From assembly GCA_902571235.1 (NCBI GenBank), contig CACGBI010000003.1:315-64314 (forward strand): a stretch of 64,000 nt of DNA. Direction: 5' to 3'. A model generated the notes under the pieces. The model did not search any database. It had not been told where the DNA came from and saw only the letters and a list, made by a program, of their open reading frames with translations. A program made the position numbers and the translations under genes. Origin of the DNA: an uncultured Pelagibacteraceae bacterium (GTDB taxonomy: Bacteria; Pseudomonadota; Alphaproteobacteria; Pelagibacterales; Pelagibacteraceae). Positions 1 through 11,018 of the stretch are shown in pieces; the stretch's first letter is position 1; each line of letters starts with the position of its first letter.

Positions 1-203
1 ATTATTCCAACTTGGTTCACAAAATCTTGACTATTTTTAAAGTCCTTAAATTTGAAATTTTTCTCTAATAAATAAGCTTCTTTATCATTTTTTATAATGT
101 TCCATCCGTCAACTTTTTTTTGATATTTGTGAATCTCTGATATATCAAATGGCATTACCTTGCCCTCACACGGTTCACATTTTTTTTTTAGAAGATCACT
201 CAT
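1..203 (-). CDS. Pterin-4-alpha-carbinolamine dehydratase (5' part; runs off window)
   Basis: Manual translation from ATG at 203: MSDLLKKKCEPCEGKVMPFDISEIHKYQKKVDGWNIIK...LEKNFKFKDFKNSQDFVNQVG; CxPC-G start and F-x-F-x-D-F motif typical of PCD/PhhB. Confidence 0.8.
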   Translation of the reverse strand, partial: MSDLLKKKCEPCEGKVMPFDISEIHKYQKKVDGWNIIKNDKEAYLLEKNFKFKDFKNSQDFVNQVGI

Positions 204-210
204 AATTTTT

Positions 211-285
211 TGGAGCGGGCAAAGGGGGTCGAACCCTCGACCTTCTCGTTGGCAACGAGACGCTCTACCACTGAGCTATGCCCGC
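211..285 (-). tRNA. tRNA-Gly (GCC)
   Basis: Reverse complement GCGGGCATAGCTCAGTGGTAGAGCG-TCTCG-TTGCCAA-CGAGA-AGGTCGAGGGTTCGACCCCCTTTGCCCGCTCCA; cloverleaf, anticodon GCC, encoded CCA. Confidence 0.97.
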
Positions 286-295
286 ATTTAAAAAC

Positions 296-324
296 AATAT
301 AATTAGTTAATTTTTTTAATTCAA
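296..324 (-). promoter_or_regulatory. Candidate sigma70 promoter of tRNA-Gly
   Basis: TTGAAT-N17-TATATT on the minus strand, ending 10 nt before the tRNA 5' end. Confidence 0.55.
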
Positions 325-353
325 GTAATATTAAATATGATATATTTTTCTTT

Positions 354-1001
354 ATGAAAAAAGAAGAATTACCAAATACAATTTCCATATTCCCTTTGAG
401 TAATTTTATCATTTTCCCCAGAACAACAGTTCCACTTAATATATTTGAGCCACGTTATATTGATATGATTAATGATAGCATGAAAACTAATAAATTAATT
501 GGTATGATTCAACCAAAATCAATTAATGATGAAAAATCAATAATCCCATCACTACATAAAATTGGTTGTTTGGGAAAAATTACAAGCTTTAAAGAAACAG
601 ACGATGGAAGATATTTAATTGATTTAAAAGGAATTATAAGATTTAAAATTTTAAATGAAAAAGAAACTAATAAACTCTATAGAATTTGTGAGATAAATTT
701 TGATGATTATTTAGATGATTTAAATGAAAAAAAAGAAAATTTAAAATTTTCAGATCTAGAATTAATTTTTAAAGATTTAAAACAATTATTTCAAAAAAGA
801 GGTTTTATAATCAATTGGAAAGCGTTGGAAAAACAAAGCCTTGACGAAACAATTAATGCTCTGGCTATGGCCTCACCATTTAGTTTGGAGGAAAAACAGG
901 TATTATTGGAAGCAATTAATTTGGATCTTAGAAAGAATAAAATAGCAGAGATTTTATCCACATATACTTTTGATGAGTATAATAACACTACTCTGCAATA
1001 A
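354..1001 (+). CDS. LON peptidase N-terminal (substrate-binding) domain protein
   Basis: IFPL...FPRTTVPLNIFEPRYIDMI motif; no ATPase or protease domain. Confidence 0.9.
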   Translation: MKKEELPNTISIFPLSNFIIFPRTTVPLNIFEPRYIDMINDSMKTNKLIGMIQPKSINDEKSIIPSLHKIGCLGKITSFKETDDGRYLIDLKGIIRFKILNEKETNKLYRICEINFDDYLDDLNEKKENLKFSDLELIFKDLKQLFQKRGFIINWKALEKQSLDETINALAMASPFSLEEKQVLLEAINLDLRKNKIAEILSTYTFDEYNNTTLQ

Positions 1002-1004
1002 CTT

Positions 1005-2075
1005 TTAATATCTTATACCGTTATCTGCAAATTTTCTCAAAAATGAATTTATAATTTTATGATTTCCAATAAGGTTAATAGACTTATTAAATAAATTATA
1101 ATTTAATTTATTTTCTAAATTGAAAAATTCATAAACCAAATCAATACTTGAGGAAAATATGAAATTTTTGTCTTTTGATTTTTTTTGAAAATCTTGACAA
1201 ATAGAAGAATCTAAATCTAATCCTAAATTAATTCTTTTATCAATTAAATCTGACAACAATTTAATATCACGTAAAGACATATTAAATCCTTGACCAGCCA
1301 GTGGATGAATTTTGTGAAGTAAATCTCCAAAAGCTAAAATATTATCTTTATAATAATTTCTTAGATTAGAAGATTTTAGTTTAAATCTACTCCAATTATT
1401 TATTTTTTTTATAGAATAAATTGGATTAAATTTTTTAACTAAATTATTCATTTCAAGGTTATTTTTTTTTTCAATAGACCTCAAAGAATAAACAATTGAA
1501 GTTTCAATATTTGAAATTGGTAAAAAGGCTATTGGTCCATCATTTGTAAAATTTTGATATGCAGTGTCATTTTTAATTTTTTTATGAAAAATAGAAGTTG
1601 TGTAAGCATAACTATTATAATCTTTATCAATTTTTTTTGAAAAAAATTTTTTAACATAACTATGGGTTGGATCAGAATTAATAATTAATTTATAATCTTC
1701 TTTATCAATATTTAAATTATTTTTAAATTTAACAAATTTATTTTTTTTTAATTTTTCAAATAATAATTTTTGTAGTTGAGTATTTCGAATCATTGAAAAA
1801 ACTGTAGTATTTTTGTTATCAAATTTTATTAGTTCTTTTTTAAGATTTTTTTCAGTAAAAATTTTTATGCTCTTAATATCCCATGAAATTTTTTTAATGT
1901 TGAGAATTTCATTAATAAAATAATCTATGTTTGATTTTGAAATTCCTAATGTTCTTGAAAAATGATGCTGTTTTCTTTTATTAGTACCAATAATATCTAC
2001 AAATATTTCTTTTTGGATTAAAACCTTAGCTAAGGTTAAACTAACTAGACCACTGCCTATGATGCAAACTTTCAT
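1005..2075 (-). CDS. UbiH/UbiL-family FAD-dependent ubiquinone biosynthesis hydroxylase
   Basis: N-terminal IIGSG Rossmann motif, GPIAFLP, GDLLHKIHPLAGQGFNMSLRD. Confidence 0.85.
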   Translation of the reverse strand: MKVCIIGSGLVSLTLAKVLIQKEIFVDIIGTNKRKQHHFSRTLGISKSNIDYFINEILNIKKISWDIKSIKIFTEKNLKKELIKFDNKNTTVFSMIRNTQLQKLLFEKLKKNKFVKFKNNLNIDKEDYKLIINSDPTHSYVKKFFSKKIDKDYNSYAYTTSIFHKKIKNDTAYQNFTNDGPIAFLPISNIETSIVYSLRSIEKKNNLEMNNLVKKFNPIYSIKKINNWSRFKLKSSNLRNYYKDNILAFGDLLHKIHPLAGQGFNMSLRDIKLLSDLIDKRINLGLDLDSSICQDFQKKSKDKNFIFSSSIDLVYEFFNLENKLNYNLFNKSINLIGNHKIINSFLRKFADNGIRY

Positions 2076-2136
2076 AACAAATTAATTTTAACAACAAAAA
2101 TTAGATGATACAAAGTGTTATATTTGATTCATCAAA

Positions 2137-4227
2137 ATGAATATAAAAAAAATAGCCAATACTACTCTTCAATTCATATTCCATAGATTAATTGAAATTG
2201 TTGGTATTTTTATAACTCTGCTAAGTATTCTTTTATTTGTGTCACTTTTATCTTATTCGCCCAGTGATCCTAATTTTATATTTCCTGAAAATACCAAAAT
2301 TGAAAATGTCTTAGGATACCAGGGCAGTTATATTTCCGATTTATTTTTTCAATCGTTTGGCATCATATCTTATCTCTTATCATTAACTTTTCTAATAACT
2401 GGAATTAATGTTTTTAAAAGTAAAGATTTATTTTTGATAATTGAAAATACTTTTTTTTCAATCTTTTATTGTATTTTTGGATCCTTGTTCTTTGATTTTT
2501 TTTACCAAAGCACTTTCAAATTATATATTAATGGAAATGGGGGGTTTGTAGGACAATATTTTAGTCAAACTTATATTGGTAATATTGTAAGTTTACAAAC
2601 ATCTATCTCATATTACCTTTTAATAATTTTAATTTTCTTTTTTTTCTTTATTAGTATCAATTTTAGTCCTAGTGGTTTTATAGGTTTTATAAAAAAGATA
2701 ATAAATTTTATAAATAAGGATAGAAACAAACCCTACACTGATAAAAGTGAAGTCATAAGTGAGTATATTCCTCAAGAAGAAATTAAAAATTTAATACAAG
2801 AAGATCTACCTTTTATAAAAGCAGAAAAACTTAAGGAAACTGAAAAAACTAAATTTAAACTTCCTGATTTAGAATTATTAAAAATACCAACAAAAAAAGA
2901 AAGAGAGAATTCAAATAAAGAAGAAGCAAGTGATCCCGCATTTCTTGAGAAAATTTTATTAGACTTTGGTGTCAACGGCAATATTAAGAAAGTAAGTCAT
3001 GGTCCCGTGGTTACTTTGAATGAATTTGAACCAGCTGCTGGAGTTAAAGTTTCTAAGATAATTAATTTATCTGACGATATAGCAAGGAACACAAGCTCTG
3101 AATCTGCGAGAATTGCGACCATACCTGGTAGTAATACTGTTGGTATTGAGCTACCAAACTCATCAAGAGAAAATGTTTATTTAAGTGAAATATTAAATAA
3201 AACTGATTTTAAAAAGAAAGAAATAAAACTGCCAATAGCTCTTGGAAAAAATATTTCAGGCACACCTATTGTTGGTGACCTTGCCTCAATGCCTCATCTA
3301 CTAATAGCAGGAACAACTGGGTCTGGTAAATCAGTCTGCATAAATACAATAATTTTATCCCTCCTATATAGACACACCCCTGAAAGGTGTAAATTTATTC
3401 TTATTGATCCTAAAATGTTAGAACTATCTACTTATGAGGGTATTCCTCATCTTATATGTCCAGTAATCACTGAAGCAAAAAAAGCTGCTTCTGTACTTGG
3501 TTGGGTAGTTAAAGAAATGGAAAGTAGATATCGATTAATGACAAAAGAAGGTGTCAGAAACATTGATGGTTATAATGCAAAGCATAAATTACCAATGCCA
3601 TATATTGTTGTCGTCGTTGATGAAATGTCAGATTTAATGTTAGTAGCAGGAAAAGAGATTGAAAATTATATCCAGAAATTATCTCAAATGGCTAGAGCTG
3701 CTGGAATTCATATAATAATGGCGACTCAAAGACCAAGTGTAGATGTAATAACAGGGACGATTAAAGCTAATTTTCCTACAAGAATATCATTTCAAGTAAC
3801 TTCAAAAATAGATAGCAGAACAATTTTAGGAGAACAAGGTGCAGAACAACTTCTTGGGAAAGGTGATATGCTTTATATGTCTTCGGCTAACAGGATTTTA
3901 AGAATTCATGCCCCATTTGTTTCTGATAACGAAATAGAGAAAATCAATAATTTTTTAAGATCGCAGGCAGAACCAGATTATGTTGATGAAATTTTAAACT
4001 TTGCTGATGAAAAAGAAATAAGTGATGGATCTAAAAATAGTAGTGATAAAGATGAGCTCTACCAAACTGCACTAGAAATTATTAAATCTGAAGGAAAAGC
4101 TTCAACTTCATTTTTACAAAGAAAACTCCAAATTGGTTACAATAGGGCAGCAAGAATTATTGATATGATGGAAGAAGAAGGAGTTGTTAGTAAAGCAAAC
4201 CATGTTGGTAAAAGAGATGTCCTTTGA
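2137..4227 (+). CDS. ftsK: DNA translocase FtsK
   Basis: N-terminal TM domain, PHLLIAGTTGSGKS Walker A, VVVVDE, ARAAGIH, QRPSVDVITG, gamma domain LQRKLQIGYNRAARIID. Confidence 0.97.
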   Translation: MNIKKIANTTLQFIFHRLIEIVGIFITLLSILLFVSLLSYSPSDPNFIFPENTKIENVLGYQGSYISDLFFQSFGIISYLLSLTFLITGINVFKSKDLFLIIENTFFSIFYCIFGSLFFDFFYQSTFKLYINGNGGFVGQYFSQTYIGNIVSLQTSISYYLLIILIFFFFFISINFSPSGFIGFIKKIINFINKDRNKPYTDKSEVISEYIPQEEIKNLIQEDLPFIKAEKLKETEKTKFKLPDLELLKIPTKKERENSNKEEASDPAFLEKILLDFGVNGNIKKVSHGPVVTLNEFEPAAGVKVSKIINLSDDIARNTSSESARIATIPGSNTVGIELPNSSRENVYLSEILNKTDFKKKEIKLPIALGKNISGTPIVGDLASMPHLLIAGTTGSGKSVCINTIILSLLYRHTPERCKFILIDPKMLELSTYEGIPHLICPVITEAKKAASVLGWVVKEMESRYRLMTKEGVRNIDGYNAKHKLPMPYIVVVVDEMSDLMLVAGKEIENYIQKLSQMARAAGIHIIMATQRPSVDVITGTIKANFPTRISFQVTSKIDSRTILGEQGAEQLLGKGDMLYMSSANRILRIHAPFVSDNEIEKINNFLRSQAEPDYVDEILNFADEKEISDGSKNSSDKDELYQTALEIIKSEGKASTSFLQRKLQIGYNRAARIIDMMEEEGVVSKANHVGKRDVL

Positions 4228-4778
4228 TGAAGAGAATTTTGATAATCTTTTTAGTAATTAACTTTAATAATTTTGCACAAGGATCAGTTAATGAAAAAAT
4301 AATTACTTCCTTGAAAAGGATTAGCAATTTGAGTTTTGATTTTGAACAAAATGTAAATGGTAAAATTGAAAATGGAAACTGTGTTATCGAATATCCTAAA
4401 AAAATATTTTGTAATTATGATAACATGAACAATAAACTTTTAGTTTCTAATGGTAAATCTCTTGTTATAAAGACTAAAAGTGGCAGTTATTATAGGTATT
4501 CAATTAAGAGAACACCTTTAAATTATATTTTAGATAAAAAATTTTTAATTAATGAAATCAAAGATCTTAAAGGAAGAATAATTGACGATAAATTTATAAA
4601 CTTTAAAATTTTAAAAGATGATAATGAAATAAATATTTTTTTTGACAATATAAATTATAATCTTATTGGATGGCAAACATTAGACATTTATCAAAATTTA
4701 AGTATTACTTACATTTACTCTTTGAGGATCAATCAAAAGTTAGATAAAAATACATTTAAATTACCATCCTCTAATTAA
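4227..4778 (+). CDS. lolA: Outer-membrane lipoprotein carrier LolA
   Basis: Signal peptide, FDFEQ, LVSNGKSL, TPL motifs; conserved position after ftsK; ATG at 4227 overlaps the ftsK stop. Confidence 0.85.
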   Translation: MKRILIIFLVINFNNFAQGSVNEKIITSLKRISNLSFDFEQNVNGKIENGNCVIEYPKKIFCNYDNMNNKLLVSNGKSLVIKTKSGSYYRYSIKRTPLNYILDKKFLINEIKDLKGRIIDDKFINFKILKDDNEINIFFDNINYNLIGWQTLDIYQNLSITYIYSLRINQKLDKNTFKLPSSN

Positions 4779-5281
4779 ATTTTTATAGTTTCTTTTTTAT
4801 AAATTGTCATACCTCTAGCTAAGTAATTTTTTAAAGCATTTTTATGATCAAGAGTACATGTGTGAACCCAAACCCTTTTTATTTCATTTTTTAAAAAAGC
4901 TTTTTTTATTGCTTCGGATAGTAAATAGCCGCCAATTTTTTTATTATGGTATTCCTCTAACAAACCAAAATAAGCTATTTCAATTTCTTTAATTTCTGAA
5001 TGAAAAATTAATTCAAAATAACCAGCAAAATCATTGTTTATTTTTAAAATGTAGGTTTCGACTTTGTTGTTTGAAACATATTTAATCCAATCATCATCAG
5101 ACCAAACAAGACGATCGGTCCATCTATGTTTTTTTCCAATATTTTTATAAAAAAATTTGTTTATTTGAAAATCAATTGGATCTACTAAATCAATTGAATT
5201 AATTATTTCAGGTAAGGTACTTTCTTTTAAAGCATCAATAGATTTTATTTCTAAATAATTTCTGTCAATGGTTTCTATCAC
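4775..5281 (-). CDS. GNAT family N-acetyltransferase
   Basis: EIAYFGLLEEYHNKKIGGYLL, RVWVHTCTLDHKNALKNYLARG. Confidence 0.88.
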   Translation of the reverse strand: MIETIDRNYLEIKSIDALKESTLPEIINSIDLVDPIDFQINKFFYKNIGKKHRWTDRLVWSDDDWIKYVSNNKVETYILKINNDFAGYFELIFHSEIKEIEIAYFGLLEEYHNKKIGGYLLSEAIKKAFLKNEIKRVWVHTCTLDHKNALKNYLARGMTIYKKETIKI

Positions 5282-5643
5282 TCGACCATTTTTCCTACTT
5301 TTTCACCACCAAATAAATGAAAATGCAAATGAGGAACCTCTTGACCTCCATTCTCACTTATATTTGCTAATGCTCTATAACCCTTACCAACTTCTCTTGA
5401 AATACCCAGTTTTTTTGCAACTATATTAATGCCCTTTAATAATCCAATCATTTCCTCGGGAGAAGCATTTAAACTAAAATGATCTAAATCAATATATTTT
5501 CCTTTTGGAATCACCAAAGCATGAATTTTTTTTTGTGGATTAATATCATGAAATGACAACACGAAATCATCCTCATAAATTTTTTTACAAGGAATTTCCC
5601 CTCTTAGAATTTTAGCAAAAATATTATTTTCATCGTAAATCAT
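5278..5643 (-). CDS. Histidine triad (HIT) nucleotide-binding protein
   Basis: NIFAKILRGEIP, GQEVPHLHFH histidine triad. Confidence 0.95.
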   Translation of the reverse strand: MIYDENNIFAKILRGEIPCKKIYEDDFVLSFHDINPQKKIHALVIPKGKYIDLDHFSLNASPEEMIGLLKGINIVAKKLGISREVGKGYRALANISENGGQEVPHLHFHLFGGEKVGKMVE

Positions 5644-5911
5644 TTTTTTCTTTTATTCAGTTCTTCCATTACATCCTCAATTTTTACATCATTTGCCTCT
5701 AGATACATTATCAAATGATAAAAACATCTGCTGCCTCATGAATTTTGTTTGAATTTTTTTCTATTGCTTCAACAAGTTCATTAATTTCCTCTAGGACTTT
5801 TTCTTTACTTAAAGATTTGTCACTGAGCAATTTATTTGTATAAGAACCATCTACTGGTGATTTTTTTCGATCTCTAGCAAGATTAAATAGGCTTTCTAAA
5901 GTATTAAGCAT
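5640..5911 (-). pseudogene. hisE: Phosphoribosyl-ATP pyrophosphatase HisE, interrupted by a 1-nt frameshift (probably a sequence error)
   Basis: SYTNKLL, KVLEEINE, IHEAADV then a premature TGA; adding one T to the T5 run at 5720-5724 restores FYHLIMYLEANDVKIEDVMEELNKRKK*, ending in an ATGA overlap with the HIT gene. Confidence 0.88.
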
Positions 5912-5912
5912 T

Positions 5913-6668
5913 TTAAATTCTAACAGGTATTCCTTTTAAATCCAAATAATCCTTAGCCTCTTTTACAGAATGTTTTCCATAGTGAAATATAGAAGCAGCT
6001 AAAACTGCACTAGCTTTTCCTAATTTAATTCCATCCACAAGGTGATCTAAATTACCCACACCACCTGATGCAATTACTGGAATATTTACTTTCGAAGAAA
6101 TTTTTGATATTAAATCGATGTCATAACCAACTTGTGTTCCATCTCTATCCATAGAAGTTACTAACAACTCTCCCGCACCATTTTGTTCCATTTGTTTTGC
6201 ATACTCCAAAACATTAATTCCACTGTTATTTCTTCCTCCATGAGTGAACACTTCCCATTTATCTCCATTTTTTTTTGCATCGATTGCTACTACAATACAT
6301 TGTGACCCAAATTTTTTTGAACTATCTATAACGATTTTTGAACTTTCTACAGCAGCAGTATTTATGGAAACTTTATCGGCCCCGCAATTAAGTAATTTGC
6401 TAATATCCTCAACGCTTCTGACACCGCCTCCTACAGTTAATGGCACGAAACAATTCTTAGAAGTTCTCTTAACAACATCATAAATAGTATCTCTATTTTC
6501 ATTTGAGGCTGTTATGTCTAAAAAACAAATTTCATCTGCACCACCGTCTGAATAAATTTTAGCTTGTTCAACAGGATCACCTGCATCCTTTAAATCAACA
6601 AAGTTAATACCTTTAACTACACGACCATTTTTAACATCTAGACATGGTATTATTCTGTTCTTAAGCAT
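5913..6668 (-). CDS. hisF: Imidazole glycerol phosphate synthase cyclase subunit
   Basis: [41 protein letters not shown]. Confidence 0.97.
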   Translation of the reverse strand: MLKNRIIPCLDVKNGRVVKGINFVDLKDAGDPVEQAKIYSDGGADEICFLDITASNENRDTIYDVVKRTSKNCFVPLTVGGGVRSVEDISKLLNCGADKVSINTAAVESSKIVIDSSKKFGSQCIVVAIDAKKNGDKWEVFTHGGRNNSGINVLEYAKQMEQNGAGELLVTSMDRDGTQVGYDIDLISKISSKVNIPVIASGGVGNLDHLVDGIKLGKASAVLAASIFHYGKHSVKEAKDYLDLKGIPVRI

Positions 6669-7386
6669 CTAATTCCTTAACAAGTTCCTCTAATTTAATA
6701 TCACCATCATAGATAGCTTTTCCAACTATAATGCCTTCAATGTTATTATTATTTAATTCTTTGGCCTTTTTAATGTCATCAATTGAAGAAACTCCACCAG
6801 ATATTATCACAGGACAATTAGATACTTCAGCAACCTTTGCGGTTTCTTCAAAATTAGGACTTTGCTTCATCCCATCTCTGTTGATATCAGTGTAAATCAA
6901 TCTGCTTGCACCATAATCTTTCACTTCATTTAAGTAATCTAAAGTTAATTGATTAGAATTTTCCTTCCAACCTGAAACAGATAAATACCCATCTCTAGAA
7001 TCTAAACCTAGAGAAATTTTATTTGGAAATTTTTCACAAGCTTCTTTTAAAAATTTTTTATCTTTTATAGCTGCACTTCCTAAAATAACTTTCTCTACAC
7101 CAACATCGGTATATTTCTGAATACTTTCAAAGTTTCTGATACCTCCACCAATTTCGATTTTAAGATCAAATTTTTTTACTATTTCTTGAATAATATCTAA
7201 ATTTACTGTTTCTCCAGTTAAAGCACCATCTAAATCTACAATGTGTAAGTTCTTAAAACCGTGATCCTTGTATTTACCAGCTTGTTCAACTGGAGACATT
7301 TTATATTCAGTCTTATTATCAAAGTCTCCTTTAACTAACCTTACACATTTCTTATCTTTAATATCAATGGCTGGAAATATTTTCAT
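6661..7386 (-). CDS. hisA: ProFAR isomerase HisA
   Basis: [36 protein letters not shown]. Confidence 0.96.
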   Translation of the reverse strand: MKIFPAIDIKDKKCVRLVKGDFDNKTEYKMSPVEQAGKYKDHGFKNLHIVDLDGALTGETVNLDIIQEIVKKFDLKIEIGGGIRNFESIQKYTDVGVEKVILGSAAIKDKKFLKEACEKFPNKISLGLDSRDGYLSVSGWKENSNQLTLDYLNEVKDYGASRLIYTDINRDGMKQSPNFEETAKVAEVSNCPVIISGGVSSIDDIKKAKELNNNNIEGIIVGKAIYDGDIKLEELVKELDA

Positions 7387-7409
7387 TTAATTCAAAATTT
7401 TTCTCATAT

Positions 7410-8036
7410 CTATAAGTTTATAAAATTATCAATTATCTTGAGCCCCATTTTGTCACTCTTTTCTGGGTGAAATTGAGTTCCAAAAATATTTTCTTTTTCA
7501 ACCGAACAAACAATATTTGACGAATAGTCTGTTGTTGCTGAAATTACACTTTTATCTTCAGGAATAAATTCATAGCTATGAACAAAATACATATGAGAAT
7601 TATTTTCAATATTTTCAAAAATTTTACTTTCTTTGACGATGTTTATTTGGTTCCAACCAATATGAGGAAGTTTAAATTTTCCATTTTGATTATTTATTTT
7701 TGACACCTTGCCTGATATCCAGCCAAGACCTTTTGTTTCTGTTTCTTCATATCCAATATCTGCGAACATCTGTAATCCGACACAAATTCCAAGTAATGGT
7801 TTTTTATTATTTTTTGCAAAATCATTTAATGTATCAACTAAACCACTAATATTATTGAGAGCATCAACACAACTTTTAAACGATCCTTGCCCTGGTAAAA
7901 CAACTTTATCAGCAGATTTAATCTTGTTTAAATCCGAAGTTATTTCGATATTTACTTTATCTTTCGCGACTTCCTTAAAGGAGTTTATTACCGAGCTGAT
8001 ATTACCCGAATTATAATCAACAATTGTGACGTTCAT
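7410..8036 (-). CDS. hisH: Imidazole glycerol phosphate synthase glutaminase subunit
   Basis: DYNSGN, LPGQG, LGICVGLQ, PHIGWN, YFVHSY, QFHPEKS. Confidence 0.96.
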   Translation of the reverse strand: MNVTIVDYNSGNISSVINSFKEVAKDKVNIEITSDLNKIKSADKVVLPGQGSFKSCVDALNNISGLVDTLNDFAKNNKKPLLGICVGLQMFADIGYEETETKGLGWISGKVSKINNQNGKFKLPHIGWNQINIVKESKIFENIENNSHMYFVHSYEFIPEDKSVISATTDYSSNIVCSVEKENIFGTQFHPEKSDKMGLKIIDNFINL

Positions 8037-8041
8037 TAAAC

Positions 8042-8632
8042 TTATAATGAGCCTTTAGTAGATGGTATGCTCTTTTTGTTTCTTGGATCCATCTCTAATG
8101 CAACTCTTAATGATCTTGCTAAACCTTTATAACAAGATTCAATAATGTGGTGACTATTGTCACCATAAATATTTTCTATATGTAAAGTTATACCAGCTGA
8201 TTGTGAAAAAGCCTGAAACCACTCCTTAAATAATTCAGTATCCATTTCACCAAGTTTCTCAACCTTTAATTTTACTTTCCATATCAGATAAGGTCTGTTC
8301 GAAACATCAACCGCCACACGTGATAATGTTTCATCCATTGGTATCATTGCATGTGCATATCTTTTAATTCCTACAAATTTTTTAGCTGCTTTTTTTAAAG
8401 CTTCCCCTATAGCAATTCCTGTATCCTCAGTAGTGTGGTGAAGATCAATGTGAGTGTCTCCTTTGGCCTTTACTTTTAAATCAATTAAGGAATGCTTTGA
8501 TAATTGCTCAAGCATATGATCTAAAAATCCTATACCAGTGTCAATTTGGTACTTACCTTTACCGTCAATATTAACCTCAACATTGATGCTTGTTTCTTTA
8601 GTTTTTCGAGATACTTTTCCTTTTCTAGCCAT
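8042..8632 (-). CDS. hisB: Imidazoleglycerol-phosphate dehydratase
   Basis: [38 protein letters not shown]. Confidence 0.97.
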   Translation of the reverse strand: MARKGKVSRKTKETSINVEVNIDGKGKYQIDTGIGFLDHMLEQLSKHSLIDLKVKAKGDTHIDLHHTTEDTGIAIGEALKKAAKKFVGIKRYAHAMIPMDETLSRVAVDVSNRPYLIWKVKLKVEKLGEMDTELFKEWFQAFSQSAGITLHIENIYGDNSHHIIESCYKGLARSLRVALEMDPRNKKSIPSTKGSL

Positions 8633-8686
8633 ATATTTTTAATGGTATACATACATAATCCCACTATATCAATATTAGTATAAAGA

Positions 8687-8716
8687 CTTGAAGTATCAAA
8701 AATAGTTACCATTTAT
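8687..8716 (+). promoter_or_regulatory. RpoH (sigma32)-type promoter of hslVU
   Basis: CTTGAA-N16-CCATTTAT, 5 nt before ATG 8722. Confidence 0.7.
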
Positions 8717-8721
8717 TGAGT

Positions 8722-9237
8722 ATGACAACAATTGTACTAGTCAGAAAAAATAAAGAAGTAGTAGTAGCTGGTGATGGACAAGTGAGTATGGGAAACACTG
8801 TTGTTAAAAGTACTGCTTCAAAAGTAAGAAAAATTGAAAAAAGAGATGTAGTAGCAGGTTTTGCAGGTTCAACTGCAGACGCTTTAACTTTGTTTGAAAG
8901 ATTAGAGGGAAAATTAGAAAAACATGCGGGTAACTTATCGAGAGCGGCGGTTGAGCTAGCAAAAGATTGGAGGACAGATAAATATTTAAGACGACTTGAA
9001 GCACTAATGGCTGTCGGAGACAAAAGTAATAGTTATATAATTTCAGGAACTGGTGATGTTCTTGAACCCGAGGGAGATGTTATTGGGATAGGATCAGGAG
9101 GTAATTATGCTCTTGCTGCAGGAAAAGTTTTAATGGAAGGCAATATGTCAGCTGAAGAAGTTGCAAAAAAAGCAATTAAAGTAGCAGCTGATATTTGTGT
9201 ATTTACAAACGATAACGTAAAGATTGAGAAAATTTAA
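8722..9237 (+). CDS. hslV: ATP-dependent protease peptidase subunit HslV
   Basis: MTTIV catalytic N-terminal Thr, [33 protein letters not shown]. Confidence 0.97.
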   Translation: MTTIVLVRKNKEVVVAGDGQVSMGNTVVKSTASKVRKIEKRDVVAGFAGSTADALTLFERLEGKLEKHAGNLSRAAVELAKDWRTDKYLRRLEALMAVGDKSNSYIISGTGDVLEPEGDVIGIGSGGNYALAAGKVLMEGNMSAEEVAKKAIKVAADICVFTNDNVKIEKI

Positions 9238-10610
9238 TGGATAATACAAAAGTAACACAATTACATCCAAAAGAAAAAAGTCAAAAAAAAGAAAAATCTT
9301 TAGTAAGCTCCTTATCTCCTAGAGAAATTGTATCAGAATTAGATAGATTTGTTGTTGGTCAGAATAAAGCAAAAAAAGCAGTTGCAGTTGCATTAAGAAA
9401 TAGATGGAGAAGACAGGCTCTTAAGGGCGAAATGAAAAATGAAGTTTTACCAAAAAATATTCTAATGATTGGACCAACAGGGGTTGGAAAAACAGAAATT
9501 TCAAGAAGACTCTCAAAACTTGCTGAAGCACCTTTTGTAAAAGTTGAAGCAACAAGATTTACAGAAGTGGGATATGTTGGAAGAGACGTTGAACAAATAG
9601 TTAGAGATTTAATTGAGATAGCTATCTCAATGGAAAAAGTAAAGAGGAGAAAAGAAGTTTTTGCTCAAGCGCAAAAAGCTGCTGAAGAGAAAGTTTTAGA
9701 TGCATTAGTAGGTAAAAAAGCAAGCTTAGCAACTAGAGAAAGCTTTAGAAAGAGACTAAGAAATGGTGACTTAGATGACAACGAGATAGAAATCGCAGTT
9801 AGCGACACAGGATCAAGTGGTACATCGTTTGAAATACCAGGTATGCCAGGTGCCAATGTTGGAATGATCAATATTGGTGAAATAATGGGAAAGTCTATGG
9901 GTGCCAAAGAAAAGAAAAGAAAAATGACAGTAAAGGAGTCTCATGAAATCTTAATAAATGATGAGTCTGATAAATTAATCGAACAAGATAAAATTGTAAA
10001 AGCTGCAAAACTATCAACTGAGAATAATGGAATTGTATTTCTTGATGAGATTGACAAAATTTCAGCAAGAACAGATCGAGTTGGTGGTGATGTATCAAGA
10101 GAAGGTGTCCAAAGGGACTTATTACCTTTAATAGAGGGAACAACAGTAAATACAAAACATGGCCCGATTAAAACAGACCACATATTGTTTATTGCATCTG
10201 GAGCATTTCAGCTAGCTAAACCGTCTGACCTATTGCCTGAACTTCAAGGAAGATTGCCTATAAGAGTTGAGTTGGAAGCTTTAACGAGTGATGATTTCAA
10301 AAGAATTTTAAAAGAACCTGATTATAGTTTGATTAAACAGTATGTGGCCCTATTAAAAACTGAAAATGTAGATTTAGAATTTTCAGAAGATGGAATTGAT
10401 ACTATTGCCAAAATAGCTTCTGAAGTAAATGCTACTGTAGAAAATATTGGCGCACGAAGACTTCACACTATAATAGAAAAAATATTAGATGACATTAGTT
10501 TTACAGCTACTGACAGATCTGGAGAAAAAATTATTATAAATAAAGAATATATAAATAAAAATTTAGATAACCTGGTAAAAGATACTGATCTTTCAAAATT
10601 TATCTTATAA
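9237..10610 (+). CDS. hslU: ATP-dependent protease ATPase subunit HslU
   Basis: [40 protein letters not shown]. Confidence 0.97.
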   Translation: MDNTKVTQLHPKEKSQKKEKSLVSSLSPREIVSELDRFVVGQNKAKKAVAVALRNRWRRQALKGEMKNEVLPKNILMIGPTGVGKTEISRRLSKLAEAPFVKVEATRFTEVGYVGRDVEQIVRDLIEIAISMEKVKRRKEVFAQAQKAAEEKVLDALVGKKASLATRESFRKRLRNGDLDDNEIEIAVSDTGSSGTSFEIPGMPGANVGMINIGEIMGKSMGAKEKKRKMTVKESHEILINDESDKLIEQDKIVKAAKLSTENNGIVFLDEIDKISARTDRVGGDVSREGVQRDLLPLIEGTTVNTKHGPIKTDHILFIASGAFQLAKPSDLLPELQGRLPIRVELEALTSDDFKRILKEPDYSLIKQYVALLKTENVDLEFSEDGIDTIAKIASEVNATVENIGARRLHTIIEKILDDISFTATDRSGEKIIINKEYINKNLDNLVKDTDLSKFIL

Positions 10611-11018
10611 CTTTTTTTTTATAAATATATAAAAAGCTCCAGCACCACCATCTTCAATTTTTGCATCTGTTATTTCTATAATCTTCTTCATTAACCCCTG
10701 ATCATTTTTGATATATTCTGGAACAGAATATTTCAATATACTTAGGTCTTTTGAAACATAAGGATCTTTTTCGACATTTGAATGAAGTCCTTTACCAGTA
10801 ACTACTATAATTTTTGAAATACCATTCTCATAAGAATCATCAATAATTTTTTTTATCTTTTTATTAGCCTGCTCTAAAGTAAAACCATGCAGATCAATTT
10901 GTTTTATTTTAGAAGTTTTTTTATTATTTATAATAAAATCTTTATTGGGCAATCTTTCATTTTTAGATAAAAAGTCTTCCCAATCTTTTTTATCTTTGTC
11001 TGAAATTTTATCGTTCAA
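10605..11018 (-). CDS. Smr/MutS2 C-terminal domain protein
   Basis: [21 protein letters not shown]. Confidence 0.9.
   Translation of the reverse strand: MNDKISDKDKKDWEDFLSKNERLPNKDFIINNKKTSKIKQIDLHGFTLEQANKKIKKIIDDSYENGISKIIVVTGKGLHSNVEKDPYVSKDLSILKYSVPEYIKNDQGLMKKIIEITDAKIEDGGAGAFYIFIKKKL

Noticed and set aside
211-353. tRNA-Gly as an integration site
   Set aside because: Flanked directly by housekeeping genes; no integrase or duplicated tRNA 3' end seen in the window
200-412. 70-aa minus-strand ORF
   Set aside because: It reads through tRNA-Gly (GHSSVVERLVANEKVEGSTPFARS is the translated tRNA); spurious
954-962. Perfect DnaA box TTATCCACA
   Set aside because: Isolated, inside the Lon-N coding sequence and 15 kb from the candidate origin; plausible by chance in AT-rich DNA
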